Assembly: GCA_019751815.1 (NCBI GenBank)
Contig: JAIEMW010000005.1
Span: 2,603 to 66,602 of the forward strand
Origin: Cyanobacteriota bacterium
Lineage (GTDB): Bacteria > Cyanobacteriota > Vampirovibrionia > Vampirovibrionales > Vampirovibrionaceae
Reading direction: 5' to 3'
DNA: 64,000 bases
Within the stretch, counting starts at the first letter, position 1; each line of letters begins with the position of its first letter. The position numbers and the translations under genes are program-made. Under the pieces are notes generated by a model that was not told the DNA's origin, did not search any database, and saw nothing but the letters and a program-made list of their open reading frames with translations. Shown in pieces: positions 19,459 to 30,048 of this stretch.

Positions 19459-19788
19459 TTATCCAAAGGTTTTGAATGAGAGTGCGATGTTTTTGTCGAT
19501 GACTTTTTTCACCGCATCAATTTCAGTCTGCAGGGCTTGTTGTTGGGTATCTACCCGTCTGAGTTGCAGTTCTAGCGATTTATCTAAGCTTTGCAAGGCC
19601 TGAATACGGGCCTGAACGGAAAGCGCCTGTCTGGATTCAGGGTCTAAATTCGCGACAACCGTAAACAGTTGGTTTGTCATGTTGGCGATCTGCAGACGGG
19701 ATTGGTTAATCTGCTGACCGGTCAACTCCAGGTCACTTTTACGGGCTGTTAAGACCAGAAATCTGGCTTGACTGGCTCCTAAACCCAT
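19459..19788 (-). CDS. Hypothetical coiled-coil protein (109 aa)
   Basis: Heptad-like Gln/Leu-rich sequence throughout. The N-terminus is MGLGASQARFLVLTARKSDLE. No family recognised. Confidence 0.5.
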   Translation of the reverse strand: MGLGASQARFLVLTARKSDLELTGQQINQSRLQIANMTNQLFTVVANLDPESRQALSVQARIQALQSLDKSLELQLRRVDTQQQALQTEIDAVKKVIDKNIALSFKTFG

Positions 19789-20065
19789 GGCGGCTACTTA
19801 TTCCTCAATTTGGGTGATATATCTCTCATTCACGGAAAAACCGTCTCCTCAAACCCTGTAATCACGACTACAAGGGCTGATGGCTTAGTAATCGGTGTTT
19901 CTCTGGGTTTCTTTAAAGCATGTAAAATTAATCGGCGGCTTTTGGTTTTTTAAAATACGGAAAATGTCTATAACCCACTATCCATAATGATTTTCGCCAA
20001 AATTAATATGTAAACTTTTTTAAATTATCCTCCGGAAACACACGGCTTTCTCTATAATCGGGGGT

Positions 20066-21217
20066 ATGCCTCGCTCAAAAACCCCGATTGCTGAATCACA
20101 GACTGAAGATGTCGAAATATCTTCAGTCACTTTAGCTAGGATGGCGGCCAATCTCACGGACTGGTACCACCAAAATGCCAGGGATTTACCGTGGCGAAAT
20201 ACAAAAAACCCTTATCATATCTGGTTGTCAGAGATCATGCTTCAGCAAACCCAGGTGGTTACAGAGATTTCCTATTATCAGCGCTTTCTAAAGACTTTCC
20301 CCACCATTCGTTCTCTGGCAGAAGCCCCTTTAGATTCAGTGCTCAAGCTTTGGGAGGGCCTGGGTTATTATGCCCGCTGCCGTAATCTGCATAAGGCCGC
20401 AAATCAAATTATGGAAAAACACGGGGGAGAGTTTCCACAGACCTTAGAAGGGGTAGAAGCGCTCTCTGGTATTGGAAAAAGTACAGCAGGAGCTATTCTC
20501 ACCTTTGCTTACGATAAACCACACCCCTTGCTGGACGGAAACGTAAAGCGGGTCCTTAGCCGGCTCTTTAAAATTGAGTCAGAAGTCTCTCTGGCAGAAA
20601 CTGTACAGCAGTTATGGTGTTTATCAGAGCGATGGCTGGCTGAATCGCGTGATGCCTATAGCTTTAATCAAGCGATTATGGAATTAGGTGCGATGTTGTG
20701 CACGCCCACACAGCCAAAATGCCTAGTTTGTCCACTTTCACAAGACTGCCTCGCACTGGAAGCAGGTCTTCAAGAGACATTGCCTGTTAAAAAGCCCGCG
20801 AAGAAAACCCCTCATTACGATATTGCCGTGGCGGTGATTGTGCACCGCGGACGGCTCTTTATCCAGCGTCGTCCGGAAGAAGGCCTTTTGGGGGGCTTAT
20901 GGGAGTTTCCAGGCGGAAAAAAAGAAGAAAAAGAAACTATAGAAGCCGCTGTACTTCGTGAAATTCAAGAAGAACTGGGTGTTTCGATAGAAATCACCAA
21001 AGCCCTCTCGCCGGTTAAACACGCCTATACGCATTTTCGGATTACGTTATATCCGTTTTTATGCCAATTAAGGCCGAATCACACCCCAGAGTCCATCCAG
21101 CTTTGTTCTGCAGAGACTGCTGAATGGGTAGAGCCGGGAGCCTTGGAGAAATTTGCTTTTCCAAAGGCGAATCTCAAAATTTTCAAAGAATTAAAAACCG
21201 TTTTGCTTCAGTCTTAA
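20066..21217 (+). CDS. mutY: A/G-specific adenine DNA glycosylase
   Basis: HhH-GPD region, a 4Fe-4S loop (CTPTQPKCLVCPLSQDC) and a C-terminal NUDIX-like domain (GLWEFPGGKKE...REIQEELG). Confidence 0.9.
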   Translation: MPRSKTPIAESQTEDVEISSVTLARMAANLTDWYHQNARDLPWRNTKNPYHIWLSEIMLQQTQVVTEISYYQRFLKTFPTIRSLAEAPLDSVLKLWEGLGYYARCRNLHKAANQIMEKHGGEFPQTLEGVEALSGIGKSTAGAILTFAYDKPHPLLDGNVKRVLSRLFKIESEVSLAETVQQLWCLSERWLAESRDAYSFNQAIMELGAMLCTPTQPKCLVCPLSQDCLALEAGLQETLPVKKPAKKTPHYDIAVAVIVHRGRLFIQRRPEEGLLGGLWEFPGGKKEEKETIEAAVLREIQEELGVSIEITKALSPVKHAYTHFRITLYPFLCQLRPNHTPESIQLCSAETAEWVEPGALEKFAFPKANLKIFKELKTVLLQS

Positions 21218-22801
21218 GTGAGGATTATGCTGGATTTCCGGGGAAAGAATCTGATCAGCCGTCTTGCTCACTTTGCTTTGAGCGATCCCGACAAGACCGC
21301 ACTGATTACCTCAGAGTCTGCTTGGACCTATGCGGCGCTATGGCAAGCTGTTCAAGTTCAGTCACGGGTGCTTACAGAGATGTATTCTGTAAAACCAGGA
21401 GACCGGGTGGCCTTACTGGCATGGAATACACCGTTTTGGGTGATCCACTATTTTGCCCTACTGTCGCTCAACGCAGTGGTCATCCCGTTAAATACCCGCT
21501 TGAGTTTTGAGGAGTGGGAATCGATCCTTCAAGATGCAGCGGCAGTCGGCCTATTGCTAGATCCCGATTTTTTAGAGCAAGACGCCCCAGCACATTGGCA
21601 TCGTTCTTCAGACTTCTGGGTCTATGCCCAAGCACTAGAGATTCCGACGAATCTCGTTAAACTCACTCAGGCCAAACACAATAAAGTTGAGCATTACGCC
21701 CTGGGTGAGTCTGCGAAACTGGCTGTTTTAATATACACTTCAGGCACAACCGGCAAGCCCAAAGGCGTGATGCTCTCGCATCAAAACATTGCAGCCGATG
21801 CCCACGCCAACTGCCAGGTGATTGAGGCAACTGCGCGTGATGTGTTTATTACCGTTTCCCCCTTATTTCACGTGTTTGGACAGACCAATGTGCTCCTATC
21901 CGCGTTTGGGGTGGGTGGCACGGTTGTTTTAGTCAAAAAATTTAGTCCCAAGGCAGTTTTAGAGGCAATAGAAACGCATAAGGTCACTTTTCTGGCAGCA
22001 GTGCCTACCATGTATCAGATGATGATGGCCGCATTACAAGAGCTACAAAAGCGGGGGCGGCGCTTTAAACTAAATTCTCTGCGTGTTTGTCATTCTGGGG
22101 CAGCACCAATGCCAGTGGCCGTGCTAGAGCAAGTCGAAAAAGTATTTGGTGCCCCGGTGCAAGAGGGCTACGGGCTGTCAGAAGCCTCTTCCATCGTGTG
22201 TTCTAATCCACTCCACGGGCCGCGTAAACCTGGGACCGTTGGACTTGCCTTGCCAGGAGTGACGCTGGGGATATTGGATGAGTGTGGACAGATGCTGCCG
22301 CCCCGTACCATGGGCGAAATTGCTGTGCGTGGACCGATTGTGATGATGGGCTACTGGCAACGTCCCGAAGAGACTGCCCATGCGGTGCGTCAGGGCTGGC
22401 TCCATACCAAAGATATGGGCATGATGGATGAGGACGGTTATGTCCGGATTCTTGACCGAGAAGACGACCTGATTAACCGAGGAGGCAGTAAAATCTACCC
22501 TCGAGAGGTGGAAGAGGTTTTGTATTTGGATGCGAGTGTGCAGTCCTGTGCTGTCATCGGGGTCGCCTCCGAACTTTACCACCAGGAGGTGAAGGCCTTT
22601 GTGGTATTAACCCCAGAAGTGGCGGGTTCTTTCGAGACGAGTACGGTGATTGAAAACTTAAAAAAGCACTGTCAATTGCATCTGGCCGATTATAAAGTGC
22701 CCCGGTTTTGGGCCTTTATCCAGGAAATCCCCAAGGGGGCAACGGGCAAAATTTTGCGGCGGCAATTACGCCAGCTTGTTGAGAATCAAGAAGAGCAATA
22801 G
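21218..22801 (+). CDS. AMP-dependent acyl-CoA synthetase/ligase
   Basis: AMP-binding signature YTSGTTGKPKGV, then GYGLSE, and C-terminal GKILRR. The start is uncertain (GTG 21218 or ATG 21227). Confidence 0.9.
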   Translation: MRIMLDFRGKNLISRLAHFALSDPDKTALITSESAWTYAALWQAVQVQSRVLTEMYSVKPGDRVALLAWNTPFWVIHYFALLSLNAVVIPLNTRLSFEEWESILQDAAAVGLLLDPDFLEQDAPAHWHRSSDFWVYAQALEIPTNLVKLTQAKHNKVEHYALGESAKLAVLIYTSGTTGKPKGVMLSHQNIAADAHANCQVIEATARDVFITVSPLFHVFGQTNVLLSAFGVGGTVVLVKKFSPKAVLEAIETHKVTFLAAVPTMYQMMMAALQELQKRGRRFKLNSLRVCHSGAAPMPVAVLEQVEKVFGAPVQEGYGLSEASSIVCSNPLHGPRKPGTVGLALPGVTLGILDECGQMLPPRTMGEIAVRGPIVMMGYWQRPEETAHAVRQGWLHTKDMGMMDEDGYVRILDREDDLINRGGSKIYPREVEEVLYLDASVQSCAVIGVASELYHQEVKAFVVLTPEVAGSFETSTVIENLKKHCQLHLADYKVPRFWAFIQEIPKGATGKILRRQLRQLVENQEEQ

Positions 22802-22942
22802 GCCAGGGATGCCCAACACGGCCAACCAGATCAAAATATTGCGGTTCTCAGCGGGGTGAAGCAAGGAATCTTCCGTTGGGTTTGCCGCGTTGTTTTGGCG
22901 TACATCCGTGTTTTTTTCAGTGTGTGTTTCAGTCGGTGTCAT
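22766..22942 (-). CDS. Candidate small membrane protein (58 aa), not in the ORF track
   Basis: My translation: MTPTETHTEKNTDVRQNNAANPTEDSLLHPAENRNILIWLAVLGIPGLLLFLILNKLA. GGAG lies about 10 nt upstream of ATG 22942. It sits 45 nt downstream of the response-regulator stop on the same strand. Its 3' end overlaps the convergent acyl-CoA ligase by 36 nt. Confidence 0.3.
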   Translation of the reverse strand: MTPTETHTEKNTDVRQNNAANPTEDSLLHPAENRNILIWLAVLGIPGLLLFLILNKLA

Positions 22943-22986
22943 ATTCGCTCAGCTCCAGTATTATGTCTAATTTATTATAGCAAGTT

Positions 22987-23679
22987 CTATACGAGTTTTT
23001 CTTTTAAGGCCTTAATAGCAGCCGCTGTTCGGTCTTCAACATTGAGTTTCTGAAAAAGATTTTTCAGGTGGGTCTTCACTGTATTCAGGCTGAGGCAGAG
23101 TGTGTCAGCGATTTCTTGATTGTTTTTGCCCTGGGTAATCAGTCGAAGAACATCACATTCCCGCTCTGTCAGGTTGAGTGGCTCTGTGGAACTGCCAGTT
23201 CTTGTTAGAGCGGCCTCGCTTTTATTGCTGGTGTTGGGCGGGGAGTGCAGCCCTTTGAGTACCACTTTGGCAATACTGGGATCAATCCAACATGCCCCTT
23301 CAGCAGTGGCGATAATGATTTGAATGAGTTGTTCCGGTGGGGTTTCCTTCAAACAATAGGAGGTGGCACCGGAGCGAAAGGATTCCAGAATATCCTCCTC
23401 ACTATCGTGGGTGGTGAGCATCACAATTTTGGTCTCTGGAAGCCGGCTTTTAATCGCTTGAGTGGCCTGAATCCCGTCCATAATCGGCATTCCAATATCC
23501 ATTAAAATAACATCGGGACGGTGCTGTTCGGCCAGTTGAATAGCCTCTTGGCCTTCTTCCGCCTCTCCCACAAGCTGGATCCGATCTCGTTGCTCAAACA
23601 ACATTGTTTTTAGGCTGACACGGGTGAGGCGTTGATCGTCTACGATTAATACCCGAATCGGTTTGCTGTCTTGTGTCAT
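22987..23679 (-). CDS. NarL/FixJ (LuxR-type HTH) response regulator
   Basis: Receiver domain ([18 protein letters not shown]) plus a LuxR HTH ([43 protein letters not shown]). I set the start at ATG 23679, which overlaps the kinase stop by 1 nt. Confidence 0.9.
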   Translation of the reverse strand: MTQDSKPIRVLIVDDQRLTRVSLKTMLFEQRDRIQLVGEAEEGQEAIQLAEQHRPDVILMDIGMPIMDGIQATQAIKSRLPETKIVMLTTHDSEEDILESFRSGATSYCLKETPPEQLIQIIIATAEGACWIDPSIAKVVLKGLHSPPNTSNKSEAALTRTGSSTEPLNLTERECDVLRLITQGKNNQEIADTLCLSLNTVKTHLKNLFQKLNVEDRTAAAIKALKEKLV

Positions 23680-25640
23680 TATGGAAGTCTTTCTGGCTGA
23701 GTTAACACCACATTGACGGCAGAACCAACCCCTTCTGTGGTTTCCACCCAAATTTGACCCTGGTGGGCCATCACGACCTGATAGCAATTATACAGCCCAA
23801 GCCCAATACTCATGGGATTGCGACCTCGGTTGGCCGCAAACTGTTTAAAAAGATTGGGTAAATCATCGACCGAAAAACCAATGCCAGAGTCTTGAACAGA
23901 GACCAGTATGCTGTTTTTTACAGAGACGGGTCTGGTTAAAGAACTGTGTTCCAGATCACTAAAACGCTGAATAACCGACTGTTTTAGATGATCGGGGTGG
24001 GTGATGACGCAGCCAACAGTGCCGTGTTTGGGGGTGTTGGTGATCGCATTGCTCAATAAATTTTGGAAAACCCGCTTTAATTCAATTCGGTCGCCCCAGA
24101 CTACAGAGCTTTCCTGCGGTAAATGGGCCAAAGTGTTATCCAGGGTCAGGGTTAAAAATTTTTCTGCAGCCAGTGGGCGGCACTCTTCCATGGTTTCTTG
24201 TATCAGATCGATCACGGGAACCTTCTCAAACACTAAATTAACCCGCCCGGACTCATAGCGATAGACTTCCAAAAGTCCGTTGACCAGCGTGAGTGTGGAT
24301 TGGTTGGTGCTGCGGATGGCACCCAGAATTTCTTGCTGATCGGCGCCTATTTCTCCGTAAGTGCCTTTGAGCAGGTAGTTTAGTGTTTGCTTTTCTGCCA
24401 GGAGGGGCACCTTTAAATCATGTGTGAGCGTCGCCACAAATTCGTCTTTGCGTCTATTTTCAGATTCTAAGCGTTCTAACATTCGGTTAAAGGCCGCACT
24501 CAGTTGGTTAATTTCGTGCACCCCGCGAATATGAATACGGGTGGCTAAGTCCCCGGAACGGCTGAGTTGACTGACCAGAAGAATGAGTTTGAGCAGCGGT
24601 TGCGTAATGGTTCTGGCAGCCAAAACAGCCACCAGCACTGAGAAGAGGAGGCAGGCAATCACAATAATCAAAATACCCAAATAGTAGGAGCTGACCGCCT
24701 CAGATTGCCAGGTTTTGGGCAATAGTACCAGAATACGAGCAACGGCCATGTTTTCTGGATTGAAAAGAATATGTTGTTCAGCCATATACTGCATCTGTGT
24801 ATCGGCTATTTCAATCGCATCGCTTCGCATCGCATTAAACGTGGGTTGCCTCATGCTGTTAATCAGGGCTGGACTGGGCAAGGACAATTCCGGACTTTTT
24901 GCCACGAGTGTGATTCCCGCTGGGGCCTGAATTAATTCAACGTTTGGTTGGATTGTGGTGAGAATACTGACACTGCTGAGAGTGTTATTGAGCTGATATA
25001 CCTGGTTTAGCCAGGCTTGCGTGAGTGGTTTCCCCAGAATCAGAATCCGGTTCCCGATTTGAACACGGCTGACCACATAGAGTTGTTGCTGTCCCCCAAC
25101 GGATAAGACAATCATATTGACGGGCATGTTGATGGGGCGAAGTCCGTCAGTATTTTTTAAGGGGGTGTTGGGCGTCAAGAGCGATCGAAAGCCAGAGTGC
25201 AGGTGCTCAAAAGCAGTGCGAGAAATGGTTGATTGCGGGGATCCCGTGGGTCCTTGAATACTGACGGTTTGATTGTCGAGGGGAGCAGTGACGTCGTTTA
25301 GCAAAACGCATAAGGTATCTCCCCCTTGTGGACAGAGGCCTTTTAAACTTTCGGGTTTTAAGTCCGGCCTGCTGAGCTGGAGTATATGGAGTTCCTCTTC
25401 CACTTGTTGGGAGAGCAGGGTGATTTGAAGATGAATGACCTGGTGAGTCTGCTTGATTTGTGAGGTGATGGCTTGTTCTGATTGTGATTTGAGAATATTT
25501 TGCGTAAACAGAATCAGCGAAAACACGGGGATCGACATGACGATGATAAACAGCATCAGGAAGCGCGTGGTGATCGTATCCACACTGGGTGTGTTTAGAA
25601 AGACGGTTTTCAAGAGGGTTTGAGGACTTGAAAAAGACAT
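23679..25640 (-). CDS. Sensor histidine kinase (two TM segments, HAMP, HisKA, HATPase)
   Basis: H-box THDLKVPL, N-box [11 protein letters not shown]-boxes DSGIGF and GLGLYNC. Two hydrophobic segments flank a roughly 290-aa extracytoplasmic region. Confidence 0.9.
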   Translation of the reverse strand: MSFSSPQTLLKTVFLNTPSVDTITTRFLMLFIIVMSIPVFSLILFTQNILKSQSEQAITSQIKQTHQVIHLQITLLSQQVEEELHILQLSRPDLKPESLKGLCPQGGDTLCVLLNDVTAPLDNQTVSIQGPTGSPQSTISRTAFEHLHSGFRSLLTPNTPLKNTDGLRPINMPVNMIVLSVGGQQQLYVVSRVQIGNRILILGKPLTQAWLNQVYQLNNTLSSVSILTTIQPNVELIQAPAGITLVAKSPELSLPSPALINSMRQPTFNAMRSDAIEIADTQMQYMAEQHILFNPENMAVARILVLLPKTWQSEAVSSYYLGILIIVIACLLFSVLVAVLAARTITQPLLKLILLVSQLSRSGDLATRIHIRGVHEINQLSAAFNRMLERLESENRRKDEFVATLTHDLKVPLLAEKQTLNYLLKGTYGEIGADQQEILGAIRSTNQSTLTLVNGLLEVYRYESGRVNLVFEKVPVIDLIQETMEECRPLAAEKFLTLTLDNTLAHLPQESSVVWGDRIELKRVFQNLLSNAITNTPKHGTVGCVITHPDHLKQSVIQRFSDLEHSSLTRPVSVKNSILVSVQDSGIGFSVDDLPNLFKQFAANRGRNPMSIGLGLYNCYQVVMAHQGQIWVETTEGVGSAVNVVLTQPERLP

Positions 25641-25742
25641 ATAGGGGGGGCTCTCAATTTTGAAAGATAAAACCCGGATGACGCATCAGAGGGCTTCGGC
25701 TATGATTCTCATTCTACAGAATCAGAAGACTTTGGTGTGACA

Positions 25743-26696
25743 ATGCCGCGAGAACAGACTAAAATGAGATCTACCACGAGACCCGAAATCACGCGTGATC
25801 TTCGCTACCGGTGGACTTATTTTTGCGATTCGCTGCGGCAAATGATTCGGCGTTGGATGCACAGACTCCAAAAACGCCAAGAACAGACAGTGTGTTGGCC
25901 GCGCTGGCAAGAAAAAGCCAATAACAATCTGAAATACAAGGCGCAGCGTCTTTCAACCTGTATTATCACGATGAATAGCGCGGATAGAATCCGGCCCTTA
26001 CTGGAGTATATCCGGCCTTGGTCGGATGAAATTGTGGTGGGTGTTGATAGCAAGACGACGGATAATACCTTTGAGGTGTGTCGTGACTTGGCTGACGAAT
26101 TGTTCTGGATTGATAATCAGGCACAAACCTGTAATGGGGGATTAGAAGCACTGGTTTCCCATTGCCATAGTGATTGGGTGCTGCGTCTGGATGATGATGA
26201 GTTTCCTGAGCCAGCATTTGCAGCACTAAAAGAAGGCATCTTGTCTCAAGAAGGTTACACTCACTATAAACTCCCGCGCTTGCACCTCTGTGCGGTGGAC
26301 TCTGACCAACAATCGTTGACCTGGATAGATGACGGGTACCTGTACCCCGACTTCCAGATGCGTCTTTTTCGTAACCAAAAAGATCTGTTGCGTTTTCCCG
26401 GGGCGGTTGGGCATACCAGTATTCAGTGCGCCGGACCCAGAGGGAAGATCAGTGGCATTAATCTGGTCCATCTGAATTTGGCGATTAACCCTCGCTGGAA
26501 ACGAGAGCAGAAGTTGAAAACATACGTAGAGCGGTTAAATGGCGGTTGGGTGCATCCGGTCAATGAATATGCATTGATGTTTGAGGACTATCATTACCGT
26601 ATTAAGACTTACTTGGGCGGGGATGCTGCTTTTAGGAGCCTGTTGATCGAAACGGTACAAGGGCAAGTGGCTGCCTATGAAACGTCATTGCATTAA
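25743..26696 (+). CDS. Family 2 glycosyltransferase-like protein
   Basis: GT2-like N-terminal fold sequence (LSTCIITMNSADRIRPLLEYI...DEIVVGVDSKTTDNT...LRLDDDE). First ATG at 25743. Terminator at 26701..26732. Confidence 0.7.
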   Translation: MPREQTKMRSTTRPEITRDLRYRWTYFCDSLRQMIRRWMHRLQKRQEQTVCWPRWQEKANNNLKYKAQRLSTCIITMNSADRIRPLLEYIRPWSDEIVVGVDSKTTDNTFEVCRDLADELFWIDNQAQTCNGGLEALVSHCHSDWVLRLDDDEFPEPAFAALKEGILSQEGYTHYKLPRLHLCAVDSDQQSLTWIDDGYLYPDFQMRLFRNQKDLLRFPGAVGHTSIQCAGPRGKISGINLVHLNLAINPRWKREQKLKTYVERLNGGWVHPVNEYALMFEDYHYRIKTYLGGDAAFRSLLIETVQGQVAAYETSLH

Positions 26697-26700
26697 AAAA

Positions 26701-26732
26701 ACGCCTCAAGACAGAATCTTGAAGCGTTTTTT
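26701..26732 (+). terminator. Rho-independent terminator after the GT2 gene
   Basis: Stem ACGCCTCAAG/CTTGAAGCGT with one mismatch and a 7-nt loop, followed by TTTTTT. It is preceded by an A-run, so it may work in both directions. Confidence 0.55.
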
Positions 26733-26761
26733 AGAGTTTTTAATGGCTCGATAGTCTTACA

Positions 26762-26962
26762 TTACCGACTCACTGCGGTCAGTGTGTCAATAAATTCAGA
26801 CTGTTCGCGGCTCTGTTTTAGCACAAACCAGGCAACCGCAAAGGATTTGAGTAGCTCTTTGTATTCCTTTGAGTTCTCACCTTGTGTGCTTTTCACATGG
26901 GTGAGTTTTGCCTCGATGTGCTTCACCTGATCCACCATTTCAGCTAATTCCGGCATGGCCAT
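26762..26962 (-). CDS. Small helical hypothetical protein (66 aa)
   Basis: A strong AGGAGGA lies 8 nt upstream of ATG 26962 (MAMPELAEMVDQVKHIE...). No family recognised. Confidence 0.5.
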   Translation of the reverse strand: MAMPELAEMVDQVKHIEAKLTHVKSTQGENSKEYKELLKSFAVAWFVLKQSREQSEFIDTLTAVSR

Positions 26963-27126
26963 AACCACACTCCTCCTAGACAATGTCATCGCGGACAAAG
27001 TAATCGCGACTATTTCCGCCGCCGTTGTGACTCGAGAAACTAATAGATACTAGTAGATAATAGAATAAAAACGCTGCAGCCAGTGAAATTGAGGGGGTAA
27101 AGCTTAAAAAAACATAAAGATTCAGT

Positions 27127-28122
27127 TTACGAGTGTTCTTGAACCCAGTAGTCGGTTTTATGGGTCAAACCGCTTTTCTGGAAAGCGTCTTCAATCTCGG
27201 CTTGTGTCGGCATTGACTCAAAAAATCCAACCATGCTGGGTCCGCTACCGCTCATCATGCAGTGTGCCGCTCCCAAAGACGAAAACACAGCGTTGATATC
27301 GCGAAAAATGGGATCTAGCGGGAGCATCAGCGCTTCAAAATCGTTGCTAAGCCAAGTCTTTAAAGAGAGGGGTAATTCGGACGGATCGTTCAACCAGTCT
27401 AAGAAGGGCGTCAAATCGCGTGTTTGGTATTGGTTCTGTTCTCGAAGCGCCTGATAGGCCCAGACTGTCGAGATGTTAACGTGTTTTGGCTTTACAATCA
27501 GCACTGACCAAGGAAGACTCGATGTCGTGGATTTGAGGGGTTGAATATGCTCGCCTCGACCGGTGACATAGGCGAGATCCACATCGGCCAGGAAAAACGG
27601 CACATCCGATCCCAACTGGCAGGCCAGGTCGTATACTTTTTTTTCGGGCAGGGCTTTGCCCGAAAAATGCTGTTGAAACAAGTCATTCAGCGTGTTTAGG
27701 GTGGCTGCTGCGTCGCTGCTCCCCCCTCCCAGCCCTGCTTGCACAGGGATATACTTCTCTAAATGAATTGTCAGCGCGGGTTTTTCCGCTTCTGGATTCA
27801 TTGCGAAATAAGCCTCCAGAAAGGCAGTAGCGGCTGTGATTACCAGGTTAGGTTTTCCAGGATTGGGCTTATCTGTAATGAGCATCCCCGCTTGCGGGCC
27901 GGCGCAAGAGAACTGGACGAGTTGTTTGTCGTTGTGTTGTTTTTCTTTTTCGGGATTCGTCTCCAGGGTGAACGACAGCGTATCATGCCAACCCACCCGG
28001 CAAAACACCGATTGGAGATCGTGAAAACCGTCCTCACGGGGGCCAAGCACATTCAGACCCAAATTGATTTTGGCAAAGGCCTGGGCTTTAAGCGTTGTCG
28101 GGCTGTCTTTGGAGGTAGGCAT
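27127..28122 (-). CDS. ispE: 4-diphosphocytidyl-2-C-methyl-D-erythritol kinase
   Basis: AKINLGLNVLGPREDGFHDL plus the GHMP kinase motif PVQAGLGGGSSDAAATL. I moved the start to ATG 28122, which overlaps the rsmA 3' end by 35 nt. Confidence 0.85.
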   Translation of the reverse strand: MPTSKDSPTTLKAQAFAKINLGLNVLGPREDGFHDLQSVFCRVGWHDTLSFTLETNPEKEKQHNDKQLVQFSCAGPQAGMLITDKPNPGKPNLVITAATAFLEAYFAMNPEAEKPALTIHLEKYIPVQAGLGGGSSDAAATLNTLNDLFQQHFSGKALPEKKVYDLACQLGSDVPFFLADVDLAYVTGRGEHIQPLKSTTSSLPWSVLIVKPKHVNISTVWAYQALREQNQYQTRDLTPFLDWLNDPSELPLSLKTWLSNDFEALMLPLDPIFRDINAVFSSLGAAHCMMSGSGPSMVGFFESMPTQAEIEDAFQKSGLTHKTDYWVQEHS

Positions 28123-29011
28123 CGGTGAGCGCCTCAAATTGCTCAATACTGATTTCTTGTGCCCGCTGCGAAGGCAATATTCCGGCTTCAGAGAGTAGTG
28201 CTTCTGCTTTGTCGCGAGAATCGGCAATACTGCCGTGGATTAGTGTGTTCTGGATTGTTTTTCGTCTCTGTGAGAAGGCTGCCCGAATAATTTTTGAGAG
28301 CGTTTTGCTATGCTGTGCCAGTCGTCTGGGTTCCAGTCTGGGTATCAGCTGCACCAGGGCAGAGTCCACCTTGGGTTTGGGATAAAAGTGCGATGCCGGC
28401 AGATTGTGGATGATTTTCACCTCGTACCAATACTGCACCGAGATACTAAGCGCGTTGTACTGGGGGTGATTGGGCCCACTGGCCAGACGTTCAGCCACTT
28501 CTTTTTGCACTAAGAGTGTGATTTGGCTAATTTTTTCGCGTAATGGGTATGTGCTCTGGGAGAGTTCGCCGATGAGTTTAAACACAATCGGTGTGGTGAT
28601 GTTGTAGGGAAGATTACCCACTACCTGAAATTTGGGCCATTCTATGTTATTGAGATCGAATTTGAGGATGTCATGATGTTGAATCTGAAGGTTTGGGTGT
28701 TTGGTCAGCAAGCTTTCTTTTAAATAGGCAATCATGCGGGGATCCACATCAATGGCCAGCAGGTTGCAGCCTGTTTTCAGGATTTCTCGAGTGAGAAAGC
28801 CACTGCCAGGACCAATCTCTACAATATTATCTTGTTCGCTTGCATTGAGCGCTTTCACAATGGCCGCAATATCATTCGGGTTTACCAAAAAGTTCTGACT
28901 GAAGCGTTTTTTCAGCCGTAAGCGCTTGGCCTCTTGGTAGAGGGCTTCTTGAACGGCCTGAAGGGCTTCTATTTGCCGAGCGGTTTGCTTACTTCCAGTT
29001 TTACTAGACAC
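28088..29011 (-). CDS. rsmA: 16S rRNA (adenine1518/1519-N6)-dimethyltransferase
   Basis: Motifs KKRFSQNFL, VEIGPGSGFLT and VGNLPYNITTPI. The start is uncertain; GTG 29011 overlaps the upstream ROK gene's stop. Confidence 0.85.
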   Translation of the reverse strand: MSSKTGSKQTARQIEALQAVQEALYQEAKRLRLKKRFSQNFLVNPNDIAAIVKALNASEQDNIVEIGPGSGFLTREILKTGCNLLAIDVDPRMIAYLKESLLTKHPNLQIQHHDILKFDLNNIEWPKFQVVGNLPYNITTPIVFKLIGELSQSTYPLREKISQITLLVQKEVAERLASGPNHPQYNALSISVQYWYEVKIIHNLPASHFYPKPKVDSALVQLIPRLEPRRLAQHSKTLSKIIRAAFSQRRKTIQNTLIHGSIADSRDKAEALLSEAGILPSQRAQEISIEQFEALTDAYLQRQPDNA

Positions 29012-30032
29012 GAGAGGCAACCACGGCGGCCTCAAGTGCCAAGTGCGCAGCGCCAACCAGGCCGGCGTGATTGCCCAATTGGGCTAGCCGTAAATCAACG
29101 GGAGGCAACATGGCTCGTTCATTGGTCAGTTGTGTGAGGCGTTCGAGGTTCACAAAGGGCGCCATGCCGCCGCCTATCACAATGACTCCTGGGTCTAGTA
29201 CGTTAATCAAGCTACCCAAGCCGGTTGCAATGTGCTCATGCCAGACGGAAAGAATCTTAAGTGCCAGTGGGTCACCTTCTTCAGCGGCTTCGATCACCTG
29301 ATGGGTGTTGACCTCCAAGATATTATTCTGTCCCATCATCACCCGAGACGCAGTGGCGTTGGGTGTGGCGCGAAGCAGTGATTGGGCAGTCAGTGCCAGG
29401 CCTGTACCTGAGGCGTAAGCTTCCCAGCAGCCCCATTTACCGCAAGTGCACAGACGTTCTCGAGACATGGAAACGGCGATATGTCCTACCTCTGCTGCGG
29501 CACAGTGTCCCCCGTGGACCAATTGGCTGTTCAAGATGATTCCTCCGCCCACACCGGTTCCCAGTGTGATCATCAGGAGATCACTCACCCCGCGACCCGC
29601 ACCTTGCTTATACTCACCATAAGCGGCCGCATTGGCATCATTTTCAACGGTGACAGGAAGTGAAACCTTTGATTCTAAGAGGGTTTTCAGTTGAGAAATC
29701 TGTCGTAAGAAGGGAATATTGCCGGTAGAGCCTAAGATACTGCCCGCGACAGGGTCAACAATTCCGGCAGTGGCAATCCCTACTGCAACTACCTCCATTG
29801 CCCCCCCCTCTAATGTGGAAAGTGCTTGTATCATCTGGGTGAGGGTGGCTAAAAAGTCCTCGGGATTGGTCGGGGTGGGTTGCTTGATAAAGCCTTGCAC
29901 GCAGTCGGCGGCATTCTGTCCTGGATGCGTCGGTGCGGCAATCACCCGCGCGGCACTCACTTTAGTTCCGCCAATATCAATGCCAATGGCGATGCGGTTA
30001 TTATCCAATAAGGCCTTGCTGGACTGAGTCAT
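29004..30032 (-). CDS. ROK-family sugar kinase (glucokinase-like)
   Basis: ATP motif GIDIGGTK and the ROK zinc motif CTCGKWGCWEAYASG. Confidence 0.8.
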   Translation of the reverse strand: MTQSSKALLDNNRIAIGIDIGGTKVSAARVIAAPTHPGQNAADCVQGFIKQPTPTNPEDFLATLTQMIQALSTLEGGAMEVVAVGIATAGIVDPVAGSILGSTGNIPFLRQISQLKTLLESKVSLPVTVENDANAAAYGEYKQGAGRGVSDLLMITLGTGVGGGIILNSQLVHGGHCAAAEVGHIAVSMSRERLCTCGKWGCWEAYASGTGLALTAQSLLRATPNATASRVMMGQNNILEVNTHQVIEAAEEGDPLALKILSVWHEHIATGLGSLINVLDPGVIVIGGGMAPFVNLERLTQLTNERAMLPPVDLRLAQLGNHAGLVGAAHLALEAAVVASRV

Positions 30033-30048
30033 ATGCGCTGAATTTCCT

